A stretch of DNA of 35,540 nt, taken from assembly GCA_003221005.1 (NCBI GenBank), contig QHTZ01000077.1, forward strand, positions 1 to 35,540, given 5' to 3'. The notes under the pieces are model-generated. The model searched no databases and was not told the origin of the DNA. It saw only the letters and a program-made list of their open reading frames with translations. The translations under genes and the position numbers were made by a program. The stretch comes from Gemmatimonadota bacterium (lineage in GTDB: Bacteria > Gemmatimonadota > Gemmatimonadetes > Gemmatimonadales > GWC2-71-9). This document shows, in pieces, positions 34,772 through 35,540 of the stretch (position 1 is its first letter; the number at the start of each line of letters is the position of its first letter).

Positions 34772-35540
34772 ATGCCGCACCGCGGGATCGTGTCTTTCCT
34801 GACGCACGTCGCCCCCGATGGGGGAGCGGCGAGCCTCGCTCAGGCGCTCGACGCCCGCGTGCGCGAGGGGGATCTCGTCGCGAAGCTCCCCGACGGCGCG
34901 GTGCGCTGCTTCGCCTGCGGGCACCGCTGCCTCGTACGCCCGGGGCGTCGCGGCATCTGCAAAGTCCGCTTCAACCGGGACGGAACGCTGTACGCCCCCG
35001 CGGGCTACGTGGCCGCGCTCCAGTGCGACCCGACCGAAAAGAAGCCCTTCTTCCACTGTCTCCCGGGGAGCGACACGCTCACCTTCGGGATGCTGGGCTG
35101 CGACTTCCACTGCGGCTACTGCCAGAACTGGCTCACCTCGCAGGCGCTGCGCGACGACGCGGCCGGCGTGCTTCCGCAGGACGTCACCCCGGATGCGCTC
35201 GTCCGCCTGGCCCTGCGCCAGGGGGCGCAGCTCGTGGGATCGTCCTACAACGAGCCGCTCATCACAGCCGAGTGGGCGGTAGAGGTGTTCAAGGAAGCGA
35301 AGACGCGGGGCCTGAAGACCGCCTTCATCTCGAACGGCAACGCGACCCCCGAGGTGCTCGACTACATCCGGCCCTGGACGGACTGCTACAAGATCGACTT
35401 CAAGGCGATGGACGACCGGCGCTACCGCGAACTGGGCGGAGTGCTGGAACACGTGCTCGACGCCATCCGCATGGTGTACGAGCGCGGGTTCTGGCTGGAG
35501 CTGGTGACGCTGGTCGTGCCGGGGTTCAACGACGACGAGG
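34772..35540 (+). CDS. amrS: AmmeMemoRadiSam system radical SAM enzyme (3'-truncated by window edge)
   Basis: Manually translated (not in the ORF track): VRCFACGHRC...GICKVR...DPTEKKPFFH...GCDFHCGYCQNW (CxxxCxxC), SYNEP and SNG motifs. Confidence 0.92.
   Translation, partial: MPHRGIVSFLTHVAPDGGAASLAQALDARVREGDLVAKLPDGAVRCFACGHRCLVRPGRRGICKVRFNRDGTLYAPAGYVAALQCDPTEKKPFFHCLPGSDTLTFGMLGCDFHCGYCQNWLTSQALRDDAAGVLPQDVTPDALVRLALRQGAQLVGSSYNEPLITAEWAVEVFKEAKTRGLKTAFISNGNATPEVLDYIRPWTDCYKIDFKAMDDRRYRELGGVLEHVLDAIRMVYERGFWLELVTLVVPGFNDDE

Overview
High-GC bacterial chromosomal segment spanning the likely replication origin. The gene style (several Hanks-type Ser/Thr kinases, a GWxTD protein, an AraC regulator with an unusual N-terminus) suggests Gemmatimonadota, which is an inference. 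Order: a partial Zn-protease-like gene; a pterin/pABA cofactor operon (PTPS-family, MfnE/Orf21-like kinase, atypical SDR, pterin-4a-carbinolamine dehydratase, pabB, pabA); the convergent rpmH-rnpA-yidD-yidC-mnmE operon; dnaA, putative oriC, dnaN; mtgA; three Ser/Thr kinases; RNase P RNA; lipoproteins; macro-domain protein; AraC regulator; MCP; pyrE; GWxTD plus lytic transglycosylase; cold-shock protein; polA; type IV pilin; MMPL; matrixin; partial amrS. No IS, prophage, CRISPR, tRNA or rRNA was seen. Most notable: (i) the operon resembles the accessory genes of methanopterin/methanofuran (C1-cofactor) biosynthesis clusters and includes an SDR lacking the catalytic Tyr; (ii) a family of paired, inverted 7-8 bp tandem repeats sits inside the coding sequences of pabB, mnmE, yidC and mtgA; (iii) there is unusual translation initiation (leaderless -10/N6/ATG genes, genes with no canonical start, and an ORF starting inside the 3' end of rnpB).
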